A stretch of 64,000 nucleotides of DNA from Spirochaetales bacterium (GTDB taxonomy: Bacteria > Spirochaetota > Spirochaetia > Treponematales > UBA12059). Both the position numbers and the translations under genes were made by a program. Positions within the stretch are counted from its first letter, which is position 1. Every line of letters begins with the position of its first letter. The stretch lies in the NCBI GenBank assembly GCA_016928955.1, contig JAFGJV010000033.1, positions 1 to 64,000 on the forward strand, written 5' to 3'. The notes under the pieces are model-generated. The model saw nothing but the letters and a program-made list of their open reading frames with translations. It made no database searches and was not told the DNA's origin. Positions 1-9,976 of this stretch are shown here, piece by piece.

Positions 1-1808
1 CGCCGGGGAACTATGGCCAGGGACTGGGGTCTGCTTGGCTGCGGCGCTGCCGGTGCCTGCGCGACGCCAGCAGTTCGGGCGCCCGGTTCTTCCCGAGCCG
101 GCTCGGGCCGCGCTTGGGCCGGCCGCCGGTAGGCCGTCCCTGGTCCCTCGCCGGCCCCCGCAGCCCCCAGCTTGAAGAACGATATGGCGTCCATCAGCCG
201 CCGCGACTGCTCGGCAAGGCTCCCCGCCGTAGCAGCCACGTTCTCCGCCTGCCCGGCTATCTCCTCGCTCGTCGCGCTGAACTCCTCGGACAGCGACGCA
301 TTGTGCTGGATCACCGTGTCCAGCTGAGCTATGGCCTTGTTGATCTGCTGGGCGCCAGAATCCTGCTCGCGCGACGCCACGCTGATCTCCTGCACCAGCT
401 CAGCCGTTTTCTGGATGTCCGGCGCCATGCCCTCGAGCATCGCCCCGGCCTTCTCCGCTATGTCCACGCTCCGCGCCGACAGTTCCGATATCTCCCCGGC
501 CGCCACCTTGGAGCGCTCGGCCAACTTGCCCACCTCGCTGGCCACCACCGCAAAGCCCTTGCCGTGCTCCCCGGCCCGCGCCGCCTCTATGCTGGCGTTC
601 AATGACAGCATGTTGGTCTGCCTGGCTATCTCCTCGATGATCGCTATCTTCTCAGCGATCTGCCGCATGGCCTCCACGGTCTGCCGCACCGCGTCCATGC
701 CGGCTCTCGCGTCCGTGGCCGCCTTGCTGGATATGCGTTCGGTCTGCCCGGAGTTGTCCGCGTTCTGCCTGATATTGGCCGTCATCTGCTCCATGCTGGC
801 GGACACCTCTTCGGCGCTGGCCGCCTGCTCGGTGGCGCCCTGAGACAGCTGCTGGCTGGACGTGGATATGCCCTGAATGCCGGTGGTCATCTGGTCCGCG
901 GCCACTGACAAGTCTTCCGAACCTTCGGACACAACGCGGCTTGTCTTCTGCACGTCCGAAAGCACGTCCCGGAGTTTGGACAGCGTGGTCTCTATGGCCG
1001 TGATCAGCACGCCGGCCTCGTCCTTCCTGGACAGGTACCTGGAATCAAGCTCTCCGGTCAGGTCCCCGCCCGACATGCGGCGCATGCGTTCGGCCGCGTA
1101 CACGATGGGCCGCGCTATCCGGCCGCCTATCACTGCGGCTACCACCACCATGACCGCGGCCAGAAGGATGGCCACGGGCACGATGACAGAAAGAACCCGC
1201 ACGCGGATTACTCGGGCTTCTTCCGCCTTCTCTAGTACCACGGCGTGGATGTCGTCAAAGTAGTTGCCGGTTCCCACCACCCAGTCAAAGCCCTTGGCGT
1301 GAAGGCTGTAGCCGCGCTTTGGCAGAGGTTCGGTCTGGCCGGCCCTGGGGAACCAGTACTCCGTGTAGCCACCGCCCGCAAGACCTGCCTTGATAATGGC
1401 CTTAACCAGTTCAAAGCCTTTGGCGTCTTTCAGCTCGTACCGGTTCGTTCCTTCCGTGGCACTGCCGTACAAAACCTGGTTGTCGCCGGTGGGAGTGTCC
1501 GCCCAGAAATAACCGTCTTTGCCAAAACGCATGTCCCGGAGAAGGTTCCTGGCCAGTTCGGTTGCGTTTTCAGGCGCCACCAATCCCGCGTCCCTCTGCC
1601 GTGCAAGCGATTCCAGCATGGATACCGCGGTCTCAATCTGGGTCTTGATCAGGGTGTCAAAATCCTTGTTGAGCAGTTCCTCAAGCGAGTCCAGCTGGTC
1701 GTTGGACGACACCAGGAGGCCATAGGTAAAGGCCGCGGCCACTACCAGGGCCACCACAACGGCGGCGGTGCCCGCCAACAGAGCAATCTTGAGCCGTATC
1801 GATCTCAC
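1..1808 (-). CDS. Methyl-accepting chemotaxis protein (Cache-type periplasmic sensor, HAMP, MCP signalling domain); 3' end runs off the window
   Basis: GTG at 1808 after a GGGGAGG RBS. Translation [13 protein letters not shown].. gives a TM segment, a Cache-like region (GYFWAD..YTEYWFP..WVVGTG), a second TM, then the MCP hairpin tip [36 protein letters not shown]. Absent from the ORF track because no stop lies in the window. Confidence 0.92.
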   Translation of the reverse strand, partial: MRSIRLKIALLAGTAAVVVALVVAAAFTYGLLVSSNDQLDSLEELLNKDFDTLIKTQIETAVSMLESLARQRDAGLVAPENATELARNLLRDMRFGKDGYFWADTPTGDNQVLYGSATEGTNRYELKDAKGFELVKAIIKAGLAGGGYTEYWFPRAGQTEPLPKRGYSLHAKGFDWVVGTGNYFDDIHAVVLEKAEEARVIRVRVLSVIVPVAILLAAVMVVVAAVIGGRIARPIVYAAERMRRMSGGDLTGELDSRYLSRKDEAGVLITAIETTLSKLRDVLSDVQKTSRVVSEGSEDLSVAADQMTTGIQGISTSSQQLSQGATEQAASAEEVSASMEQMTANIRQNADNSGQTERISSKAATDARAGMDAVRQTVEAMRQIAEKIAIIEEIARQTNMLSLNASIEAARAGEHGKGFAVVASEVGKLAERSKVAAGEISELSARSVDIAEKAGAMLEGMAPDIQKTAELVQEISVASREQDSGAQQINKAIAQLDTVIQHNASLSEEFSATSEEIAGQAENVAATAGSLAEQSRRLMDAISFFKLGAAGAGEGPGTAYRRPAQARPEPAREEPGARTAGVAQAPAAPQPSRPQSLAIVPR

Positions 1809-1871
1809 GCATGCCTCCCCATACCCGGCGGGCGTCGCCCAGAGCTCCGCCAACCGGTCCCGTGCCAAAAA

Positions 1872-3434
1872 TTAGAAACCCGACGCCACGTCTTCCGGTA
1901 TGGCGCTAGCCACCGGCAAGCGCTCATTGTCGTCTAGACGGAAAAATGAAACCGTCTCGCGCAGGCGCGACGCGTGCCCCGCCAGCTCGGCGGCCGTTCC
2001 CGCAACCAAAGCCGACTGCCCGGCTATCTCTTCGCTGGTCGCACCGAACTCCTCCGACAGCGACGCGTTGTGCTGGATCACCGAGTCCAGCTGGGTGATC
2101 GCCTTGGATATCTGTGCCGTGCCTGTGTCCTGCTCCCTGCTGGCTGTGCTGATCTCCTGGACAAGCTCCGCCGTCCTCCCTATATCGGGGACCATCAGTT
2201 CGAGCATGGCGCCCGCCTTGTCCGCCACGGCAAGGCTCTGGGCGGTCATTTCCGATATTTCACCGGCGGCTTTCTTTGAGCGCTCGGCCAGCTTGCCCAC
2301 CTCGCTGGCAACCACGGCAAAACCCTTGCCGTGCTCGCCGGCCCGCGCGGCCTCTATGCTGGCATTTAGGGAGAGCATGTTGGTCTGCCTGGCTATCTCC
2401 TCGATGATCGCTATGCGCTCGGCTATGCTCTTCATGGCGGACAGGCTCTGCTTGACCGCTACCGCGCCGTCGCGGGCGTCCTTGGCCGCCTTGGCCGCGA
2501 TTTTTTCCGTCTGCTGGGCGTTGTCCGCGTTCTGTTTTATGTTGGCGCTCATCTGCTCGATGCTAGCCGACACCTGCTCGGCGCTGGCCGCCTGTTCGGT
2601 GGCGCCCTGGGATAGCTGCTGGCTGGAACTGGCCACGCCCTGAATGCCGGCCGTCATCTGCCTGGCCGTTTTGGACAATTCCGACGAACTAACCGCCACG
2701 CCGTCGCTGGCCTCTTTCACGCCCATGACCACCTCCCGGAGCCTGTCCGTCATCTCGTCCATCGAGCGAGACAGTACACCGAGCTCGTCCCTCTTAAAGC
2801 TACGCCGTCCGTCTCGCGACAGGTCCCCGTCGTGGAGGCGACGGACCTTGGCCAAAGCCAGGCTGACCGGGCGGTTCACCTGGGCTTCTAGCAGCACCGA
2901 TACCAGCAAGCCGAGCAGCACAAGAAGTATCAGTCCCTCAAACAGGCTCCTGGACGCCAGCTCGCCCACGCTGGCCCGCACCTCGTGGTCGTCGTACATA
3001 AGCACAAGGCTGGCAACGGCTTCAGAGTCCCGGGTCACGTCCTTGTTGATGAGATATTGGCCGGGACCCGGCTCAGGCACATCCATACTATCCGGAGGCG
3101 CCAGACCGTCCTTGCCGCGCGCCAGGGCCACAAACAGGGATCCGTCCTTCTTGTCGAACACGTAGCTGGCCTGGATAGCCGCGTCCTCCATCTCGGTGGT
3201 CAAGATGGTTCTTCCGTATTCAGCGTCAAAGCGCCAGAAGGGATTTTCCATATTGATGGCAATCCTCGTGGACGTACGATCCATCCTTCCTGAAAGCCCC
3301 TCTATCATGTCCGACGACAGCCATTGATAGCGCAGGAGCCCTGATGCCAGGAGGGCCACAGCCATTAGTGGAATGGATACTGCCAAAAAAGCAGTCCTGA
3401 GCTTCCCAAACCCGTTGAGAGACGAGCGTTCCAT
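1872..3434 (-). CDS. Methyl-accepting chemotaxis protein
   Basis: Two TM segments, HAMP (DELGVL) and MCP tip [33 protein letters not shown] at 3434 after GGAGG. Confidence 0.95.
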   Translation of the reverse strand: MERSSLNGFGKLRTAFLAVSIPLMAVALLASGLLRYQWLSSDMIEGLSGRMDRTSTRIAINMENPFWRFDAEYGRTILTTEMEDAAIQASYVFDKKDGSLFVALARGKDGLAPPDSMDVPEPGPGQYLINKDVTRDSEAVASLVLMYDDHEVRASVGELASRSLFEGLILLVLLGLLVSVLLEAQVNRPVSLALAKVRRLHDGDLSRDGRRSFKRDELGVLSRSMDEMTDRLREVVMGVKEASDGVAVSSSELSKTARQMTAGIQGVASSSQQLSQGATEQAASAEQVSASIEQMSANIKQNADNAQQTEKIAAKAAKDARDGAVAVKQSLSAMKSIAERIAIIEEIARQTNMLSLNASIEAARAGEHGKGFAVVASEVGKLAERSKKAAGEISEMTAQSLAVADKAGAMLELMVPDIGRTAELVQEISTASREQDTGTAQISKAITQLDSVIQHNASLSEEFGATSEEIAGQSALVAGTAAELAGHASRLRETVSFFRLDDNERLPVASAIPEDVASGF

Positions 3435-3593
3435 ACAGGCCTCCGGCAACTTTTAGATACGAAAGTATTTAAACCTTCGGCAGTAGAGTTCCTCATGAAT
3501 CGCAGTTTTCAACTGTAGTCCATGTGGTATCCGTGCGCAAATTGCGGGGAGCGGTAAAAGGAGGGCGACGCTAGACGTTCGGAGGTCGTACAG

Positions 3594-5327
3594 TCAGGCT
3601 GTTTCCAGGGCGGGCAAAACAACGGAAAATACGGTGCGGCCGGGACGGGACGTGAAGGATATGTTCCCTCCGTGCGACTCGACGATACGCCGGCACAGCT
3701 CGAGGCCGAGGCCCATGCCCCCACCCTCGGTCTTGGTAGTAAAAAACGGGTCGAACACACGGCTTTGTATATCTTCGGGTATGCCCGGCCCGGAATCGGC
3801 CACCGTGACCGACACCCTGCCGGCTTCCGTGCTTGTAGCCAGCTCCAAGGTGCCGGCCCCGTCCATGGCCTGCGTGGCGTTCATGATCAGATTGAGCCAC
3901 ACCTGCCCCAGGCGATCAGGCGAACCGCGCACCTTGGCTCCAGAACGCGTACGCTCCAGGGTTACACCCCGCTTGATCCGGTTCTCGGCCAGCACCAGCA
4001 CCACGTCCAGCGTGGCGTCCACGTCAACCACGGCGTCCAGGTCCTGGGAGCCGGAGTGCACGTGGCTTCTCAGGGCTCCAACCACCGTGCCGGCCTTGCC
4101 CGCGGCCACATTGACCAACTCTGCCATGCGGCGGGCTTCTGCCACAGCCCGTACCAGGTCAAAAATTTCACCTGCCTGCGGCAACTGGAAATAGGGGGCC
4201 CAGTCGTCCAGCCGGCCGTCAAGGCCAAACTCAACCAGAAATTCGCCAATCTGGTTGGAGTCCGTTACCCCCAGGCCGGCAAGGCGCGCGGCTACGGCAT
4301 GCCGGCGGGCGCGGTCCAGCCGGCCGGATTCCATGGCCGCAGCCCGTTCCACGGCAGCCCGGGCCATGTCCTCAAAGGCATGGCGGCCGTCCTGATCCAA
4401 AGCTGCATACTGCCCAAACACGTGGTCGGGAAGACTGCCCACATAGTCGCGCAGGGCCGATCCGGCCGACACGATTGCGCCAAGGGGCGTGTTCAGCTCG
4501 TGGGCAATGCCTGCGGCCAGTTGGCCAAGCGTCGCCATTTTTTCTATGGCTACCAAACGGTCCTGGGTCTGGGTCAACTGAGCGAAGGTCCTGCTCAGGG
4601 TTTCGCTACGCTCGAGTACCCGGGCCTCAAGGCCATGGTTCAGGGCCTCCAGCTCGTTGTTCTTGGACACGATCTTGGCCGCCATCCCGTTAACGGCTTC
4701 TATCAGCCTGTCCATGTCCGCGTAGCCACACAGGGCCACGTTTTGGCCATACTGGCCTGAGGCTATCCGGTCCAGGTCGGACATGATGCGGCCAAAGGCG
4801 TCGGTCACCCTCCGCAGGGCTATGGTGCGGGCCACAAGGAAACTCAGGCCAATGACCACGATAAGCACGCCTATGGACGAAAACAGGTGCCGGGTACGTA
4901 TGCGTCCCAGCTCCCCGCTCCCGAACTGGATGGCCACGGTGCCGAGTGGAAGGCCTTCGCGGCTCACGTTGCGCTCGAGCTCTACAAGAATGCCGGTTTC
5001 CGGGCCGGCCGCGACGGCCTGCACGGCGCCCAGGTCAGCGGAGTCTATCTTGATACCGACAATGCCACCCGTTGATAGGAGCGCGTTGCCTATGCGCGTT
5101 GCCTGGTCCAGGTCCAGGGTATAGAGAGGCTCGGCTATTATGGCGGCGATGCCGTCCGCGGTATTGTTGGCGGTATCGACCAGCTGGCGCCGGGTCAGCT
5201 CGAGCGACAGGGTCAAGGACAGAATCTCAGCCACGGCGATGACGACAACTGCGCTCAGGGTGGTAAGTATTTGAAGCTCGGAAAACAGGCCGCGTCTTCG
5301 CGGCTTGCTACCTACGGTGGTGGTCAT
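3594..5327 (-). CDS. Membrane sensor histidine kinase (HAMP-HisKA-HATPase_c)
   Basis: H-box AGIAHELNTP, N-box NLIMNATQA, G1 DSGPG, F-box FDPFFTTK, G2 GMGLGL; two TMs. Start could alternatively be the TTG at 5336. Confidence 0.93.
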   Translation of the reverse strand: MTTTVGSKPRRRGLFSELQILTTLSAVVVIAVAEILSLTLSLELTRRQLVDTANNTADGIAAIIAEPLYTLDLDQATRIGNALLSTGGIVGIKIDSADLGAVQAVAAGPETGILVELERNVSREGLPLGTVAIQFGSGELGRIRTRHLFSSIGVLIVVIGLSFLVARTIALRRVTDAFGRIMSDLDRIASGQYGQNVALCGYADMDRLIEAVNGMAAKIVSKNNELEALNHGLEARVLERSETLSRTFAQLTQTQDRLVAIEKMATLGQLAAGIAHELNTPLGAIVSAGSALRDYVGSLPDHVFGQYAALDQDGRHAFEDMARAAVERAAAMESGRLDRARRHAVAARLAGLGVTDSNQIGEFLVEFGLDGRLDDWAPYFQLPQAGEIFDLVRAVAEARRMAELVNVAAGKAGTVVGALRSHVHSGSQDLDAVVDVDATLDVVLVLAENRIKRGVTLERTRSGAKVRGSPDRLGQVWLNLIMNATQAMDGAGTLELATSTEAGRVSVTVADSGPGIPEDIQSRVFDPFFTTKTEGGGMGLGLELCRRIVESHGGNISFTSRPGRTVFSVVLPALETA

Positions 5328-5467
5328 GCGCCGCAACTTCCTTATGAATTACCGCTGGCTTCCGCTCCGGGGCGACGCGGGTCACGCGCCGACTCCGAGG
5401 TGACTAAACTATAATCCACATAGACGAACGCACAAGCTCTTTTCCATGCCCCCGAGCGCGTTGCGCT

Positions 5468-5764
5468 TCAAGTGGTCGGCCCGAGCAGGTTGCCCACCAG
5501 GAAAAAAAGCAAGAACAATAAGGGTGATGCCGATACTACCGCCGCGATCCAGGTAATGGCCGAACGCGGTTGCTTGACAGTGCCCCAAACGGATAAGACC
5601 GTGGCTACCACCGAGACAAGCCCTATGAGCCACGCTTCCGCCAAACCCGCCCTCGGCAGGAACCAGCTCTGCAGAATCCCTAACAGTGTTAAGCCCACCA
5701 CCACCCCGAGGATCAAGGCAACCCAGCTCACCGTGGGGATGCGTCGCGAATTTCGCCCGTCCAT
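5468..5764 (-). CDS. Small three-TM membrane protein, function unknown
   Basis: AAGGAGG RBS before ATG 5764; three hydrophobic segments. Confidence 0.7.
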   Translation of the reverse strand: MDGRNSRRIPTVSWVALILGVVVGLTLLGILQSWFLPRAGLAEAWLIGLVSVVATVLSVWGTVKQPRSAITWIAAVVSASPLLFLLFFLVGNLLGPTT

Positions 5765-5800
5765 AGGTACCTCCTTAGGAATCAAACCATGGTTCATTCC

Positions 5801-5844
5801 AGAAAAGAATGGCGGCCACCGCGACGCTTCTCGCGGTGGCCGCC
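5801..5844 (-). terminator. Intrinsic terminator of the nfeD-floA operon
   Basis: Perfect 14-bp stem GGCGGCCACCGCGA/TCGCGGTGGCCGCC (5811-5844) followed by ATTCTTTTCT on the minus strand. Confidence 0.8.
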
Positions 5845-5854
5845 TATGTCTGGC

Positions 5855-6331
5855 TCAGAAAGACCGGTCGTTAGCTCCCGCTGGCAAAGACTTGGGGGGC
5901 CCGAGCAGTTCGGCCATGGCCACCGCTCGTTTAAGCGCTGGTAGCCTATCCAGTTTTTTTATGCCTGGCGAGCCTGTCGCCTTGGCAGGGCGGGCGGCCG
6001 CATGAAGAGGCTGCGCCACCTGGAGCTCGGGTTCGGACGGCTGGGTTTCCGTGTACACCGGAGCGGGCGTAATGTCGTACCGGCGCGGCTGGGTCTCGGG
6101 CGCCTTGCGCTCCTGGGGTCGGGGTACCTGCCGTGCCGGGCTTTCTTCCCAGTGCCCGCGCGCGGCTGGCTTGCCGAACAAAGATGCCAGAATCTCATCC
6201 TTGCTGGCTGGGGCGGCCCGGGTCGTGCCACGAGCGTCGGCCTTTTTCTTGACCACGGCGGCGAACACACGCGCGAATAAAATGAGCGCCACCGGCACGA
6301 GAACGAAAATGTTCTCGAACAGCTCGTCCAC
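5855..6331 (-). CDS. FloA-associated membrane-anchored protein (YqfB-like position)
   Basis: N-terminal TM, disordered linker and C-terminal LKRAVAMAELLGPP motif typical of genes following floA; 1 bp from the floA stop. Confidence 0.7.
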   Translation of the reverse strand: MDELFENIFVLVPVALILFARVFAAVVKKKADARGTTRAAPASKDEILASLFGKPAARGHWEESPARQVPRPQERKAPETQPRRYDITPAPVYTETQPSEPELQVAQPLHAAARPAKATGSPGIKKLDRLPALKRAVAMAELLGPPKSLPAGANDRSF

Positions 6332-6332
6332 G

Positions 6333-7313
6333 TCAGCTGCCTTCCTGGCCGATGGACTTTCTCATCTGCGTGTCGGCCTGTATGTTGTTCAGGCGGTAAT
6401 AGTCCATGACGCCCAGCTTGCCCGTCCGGAACGCCTCGGCCATGGCCAGGGGAATTTCCGCCTCGGCCAGCACCACCTTGGCGCGGTTTTCCTGGACCAG
6501 GGCGATCATTTCCTGTTCCTTGGCCTGGGCGGCCGCCCTGCGCTTCTCGGCCTCCGCCTGGAAGCGGCGCTTGTCCGCCTCGGCCTGATCCGCCTGCAGC
6601 TTGGCTCCCACGTTGGCGCCCACGTCGATGTCGGCAATGTCTATGGACAGGATCTCGAACGCGGTACCTGCGTCCAGGCCCTTGCCCAAAACCCGCTTGG
6701 AAATCTGGTCAGGGTTTTCCAGCACGGCCTTGTACGACTCCGACGAGCCTATGGTCGTGACAATGCCCTCGCCCACGCGGGCTATGATGGTCTCCTCGGT
6801 GGCGCCGCCGACCAGGCGCTCGATATTGGCGCGAACGGTGACGCGGGCCTTGACCTGCAGCTGGATGCCGTCCTTGGCCACGGCGTCTATGGTCTGCTTA
6901 CCCTTGCTGGGATCCGGGCAGTCGATCACCTTGGGATTCACGCTGGTGCGCACGGCTTCCAGCACATCGCGTCCGGCCAGATCTATGGCGGCGGCGCGCT
7001 GGAAGGGCAGGGGGATGCTGGCCTTGTTGGCTGCGACCAGGGCCTGGCTGACCTTGGCCACGTTGCCTCCCGCCAGGAAGTGCGTTTCAAGCATGTCGGT
7101 AGCCACATCAATGCCGGCCTTGGTCAGCATGATGCGCGCGTCCACGATAACGGCCGGGCGCACGTGCCTGAGCCACATGCCTATCAGCTTGCCCATGCCA
7201 ACGGCCGCCCCGGACAGCAGGGCCCGGAACCACAGCCCGAAGAATTTCAGGAACAGGAAGAGCAGGCCCAGGGCGACTATCCCCGCCGCCGCGTACAAAG
7301 CTACATAACCCAT
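6333..7313 (-). CDS. floA: Flotillin-like protein FloA (YqfA family)
   Basis: [48 protein letters not shown] and GVMDYY motifs of the YqfA/FloA family. Confidence 0.93.
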   Translation of the reverse strand: MGYVALYAAAGIVALGLLFLFLKFFGLWFRALLSGAAVGMGKLIGMWLRHVRPAVIVDARIMLTKAGIDVATDMLETHFLAGGNVAKVSQALVAANKASIPLPFQRAAAIDLAGRDVLEAVRTSVNPKVIDCPDPSKGKQTIDAVAKDGIQLQVKARVTVRANIERLVGGATEETIIARVGEGIVTTIGSSESYKAVLENPDQISKRVLGKGLDAGTAFEILSIDIADIDVGANVGAKLQADQAEADKRRFQAEAEKRRAAAQAKEQEMIALVQENRAKVVLAEAEIPLAMAEAFRTGKLGVMDYYRLNNIQADTQMRKSIGQEGS

Positions 7314-7411
7314 GTAATCCTCCTTGGTATAGTGAACAGGCCGGGCTTTTTATGGCGCGCGGCTCGTTGTCCCTTGTCTATACGGCCGGCAGTGCCGACC
7401 CCCTCATACGC

Positions 7412-8923
7412 TCAGCTTGCCTGCACGGGCCGCACGACCACCTGGCCGTTTCTCAGCGCGGCCACCTCAACCGTCTCGCCAGCGTCCACAAAGATTCCCT
7501 CCGTCTCAACCACAAAAACCGTGCCCCCAAATTCAGCGCGGCCAACCGGCCGGAGCACGGTCAGCGCCGTACCCCTGGCGCCAGGAACCGGCATGTCCGG
7601 AAGTCCTTGGTCGCCATCGTCGTCATGATCCATGTCCAGGGCCGGCCGTCCGGTGGCGGTGGCCGTTATGGCCGTCTTGAGCGTCAGCCGGTCAAAGAGC
7701 CGCAGTTTGGGGCCAAAGGCTATGAGCAGGCCTATGCCCAGGATGGCCAGCAGGAGGCCCGCTCCCACCGTGGCGGCGTTGCGCGCAAAAACGTCCCACT
7801 GCCAGTCGGACTGCGGAAGGATAAAGTCCTGCATGGACAGGACCAGGGCCGCCCCAATCAGGACCAGGCCGCCCACTCCGGCAACGCCAAAGCCAGGAAG
7901 GAGGAATATCTCCACGGCCAGCAACGCCAGGCCCAGGATGAACAGGACCAGCTCCAGCGAACCCACGGTGCCGACCAGCATGTTGGAGCCGAACAGCATG
8001 ATGAAGGCTATGATGGCTATCGTGCCAGGCACGCCGAAACCCGGGGAGTTTATTTCCACGAACAGCGCCACCAAGCCTATGAGTATCAGGATGGCCTGCA
8101 CCGCCTGCGATGTCAGGAAGGTGACCACGGAATCCGACAGCGACGGCTCGAGCACGGCCATGCCGCCGGGAAAGCCAAGGGCCAGCGCCAGGGCGTCCAG
8201 GCCGTCAATGGTGCCCGACGACAATCCGTAGCGCTCAGCGTCTCCAGCGGTTAGCGACAGGAGCTTGCCCGCAGCGTCTATGGTCCGTATGACGGACACG
8301 CCGTCCGGGTTGCCCGCCTGAAGCGCCAGGGCCTCGTCGGCTGTCACAGCCAGGGTCCGCCCGTCCATATCAAGCTCGACCAGTTCCACGTCAGCGTCGA
8401 CCATGGCCAGGGCTATACCCACCGGGTGGCCGTTCTTCTCGGCCAGGGCGGCCATCTGCGCCCTGACGGCGCTGACCGTCTTCTCGCCGGCCGCTTCCAT
8501 CTGCCCGTCGGCCGACGCGGTTACCGGCGCCGCTGCCCCGATGGACGTCCCGGGAGCCATATATATTTCCGAACAGGCCAACGCGATCAGGGCGCCGGCT
8601 GACCAGCTCACACCCATGCCCTCCTGGCCCCCGCCCACATAGGCCACGGTCCGGACATTTTTCAAGGAGCCTATGAACGACGCTATACGGAGGGCCGAAT
8701 CGACGCGGCCGCCGAACGTGTCTATGGTAAAGACCAGGGCGCCCGCACCGTCGGCCATGGCGGCCTCGGCGCGGCGTTTGACAAAGACGGCCGTTGACGG
8801 CTCTATGTCGCCGCTGATGGGTATGGCTACGACGGTAAGCACAGGGGCGGTGTCCTGGGCCCACGCAGGAGCCACCGACACGCACAGGGCCGTTAACACT
8901 ACGGCAGTAATGAGTCGTTTCAT
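7412..8923 (-). CDS. nfeD: NfeD family protein (ClpP-like protease domain, TM domain, C-terminal OB fold)
   Basis: Signal peptide; IDTFGG, SAGALIAL, PGTSIGAA; PGFGVPG TM repeats; LRPVGRA OB fold; lies upstream of floA. Confidence 0.9.
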   Translation of the reverse strand: MKRLITAVVLTALCVSVAPAWAQDTAPVLTVVAIPISGDIEPSTAVFVKRRAEAAMADGAGALVFTIDTFGGRVDSALRIASFIGSLKNVRTVAYVGGGQEGMGVSWSAGALIALACSEIYMAPGTSIGAAAPVTASADGQMEAAGEKTVSAVRAQMAALAEKNGHPVGIALAMVDADVELVELDMDGRTLAVTADEALALQAGNPDGVSVIRTIDAAGKLLSLTAGDAERYGLSSGTIDGLDALALALGFPGGMAVLEPSLSDSVVTFLTSQAVQAILILIGLVALFVEINSPGFGVPGTIAIIAFIMLFGSNMLVGTVGSLELVLFILGLALLAVEIFLLPGFGVAGVGGLVLIGAALVLSMQDFILPQSDWQWDVFARNAATVGAGLLLAILGIGLLIAFGPKLRLFDRLTLKTAITATATGRPALDMDHDDDGDQGLPDMPVPGARGTALTVLRPVGRAEFGGTVFVVETEGIFVDAGETVEVAALRNGQVVVRPVQAS

Positions 8924-8977
8924 ACTTCTATAGTACGCTATTTACTCTCGGCGGTATAGAGAATGGGTGAATTACGT

Positions 8978-9949
8978 TCAGCGGCCGGTCAGGCCACGTT
9001 CACACAGCCAGTCGCAGAAAAAGCACATATCGCGGGTCTTGCCGGGGAAACGGGCACCCTGGCCTTCCAGCCTGGCCCGGTACGCCCCCAGCCCTTCCAC
9101 ATAACAGGCGCGCACATGGGCGTTGGCATCCGCGGCCGCAAGTAGCGCCGGCACGCCGCCATCCACCTTGCCGACTATCAGCTCCGGCCGTTCGTTGGCA
9201 AAACCACAGCACACCGCCACCGAGCCGTCGGGATGGACATACAGGACATTGCCGGGGCCGGCGCAGTAATCATCCTGGAACCAGGAGGCCGCGCCCCAGG
9301 CGTCCTCACCGGCGGCGGCCGAGCGCGGCGACCTCAGCACCGGAATCACAAGGCCCGATCCGTCGTCGGGCGTCGCCGCGTCTCGAGTAAGATACGCGTC
9401 GTCCACCAGGCGGACCGGCTCGCCGTCGTCGCTGTCCACGCGCCCGCCCAGGGCGGAAGCCACCAAGGCAAGATCCGCAAGAAAACGGGCGTCATCCGAA
9501 GAGCGCACAGACAGGATTTCGGCCATGTCCCGGCGACCCCATACCTCGAAAGCCGTTTTCAGGAAAACGGCCACCGTGGACGCGTCCTGGCCATGGTACG
9601 CGTCGTAGCTCAGGCCAAGCACCCCGTCAAAGCCGGCGTCATACACCGCACGCAGCTCGTTCCGCAAGCGCCCCTCGTCCGCCCACCACGCGCCGTTGGT
9701 CATCAGGCGGTCGAACATCAGCCCCTTTTCCACCGCCGCCTGTATCACGGGCGCCAAGAAATCGGGCCGCAGGAAAGGTTCTCCGCCGGAGAAGCCCACG
9801 CGCTCTATGCCAGCCTCGGCGCACGACTCAAGGAATCCAAGAGCCCTGTCCACGGACAGCTCCGCCGCGCCCCGGCTGACCCTACAGTGCGCGCAGTGGA
9901 GATTGCAGCGGCCCGTTGGTGCGAAGATAACTTCATCGGGTGAGAACAT
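8978..9949 (-). CDS. Radical SAM protein with C-terminal SPASM/twitch-like cysteines
   Basis: CNLHCAHC, SGGEPF, TNG; C-terminal CAGPG..HPDG..CCG..CFFC. Confidence 0.9.
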   Translation of the reverse strand: MFSPDEVIFAPTGRCNLHCAHCRVSRGAAELSVDRALGFLESCAEAGIERVGFSGGEPFLRPDFLAPVIQAAVEKGLMFDRLMTNGAWWADEGRLRNELRAVYDAGFDGVLGLSYDAYHGQDASTVAVFLKTAFEVWGRRDMAEILSVRSSDDARFLADLALVASALGGRVDSDDGEPVRLVDDAYLTRDAATPDDGSGLVIPVLRSPRSAAAGEDAWGAASWFQDDYCAGPGNVLYVHPDGSVAVCCGFANERPELIVGKVDGGVPALLAAADANAHVRACYVEGLGAYRARLEGQGARFPGKTRDMCFFCDWLCERGLTGR

Positions 9950-9976
9950 GTCATGAGCCTACGCGTCCAGGACGGC

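Noticed and set aside
3470..3505. Sigma28 promoter upstream of the MCP genes (GCCGAAGG on the minus strand)
   Set aside because: The -35 element and spacing match poorly; too weak to report.
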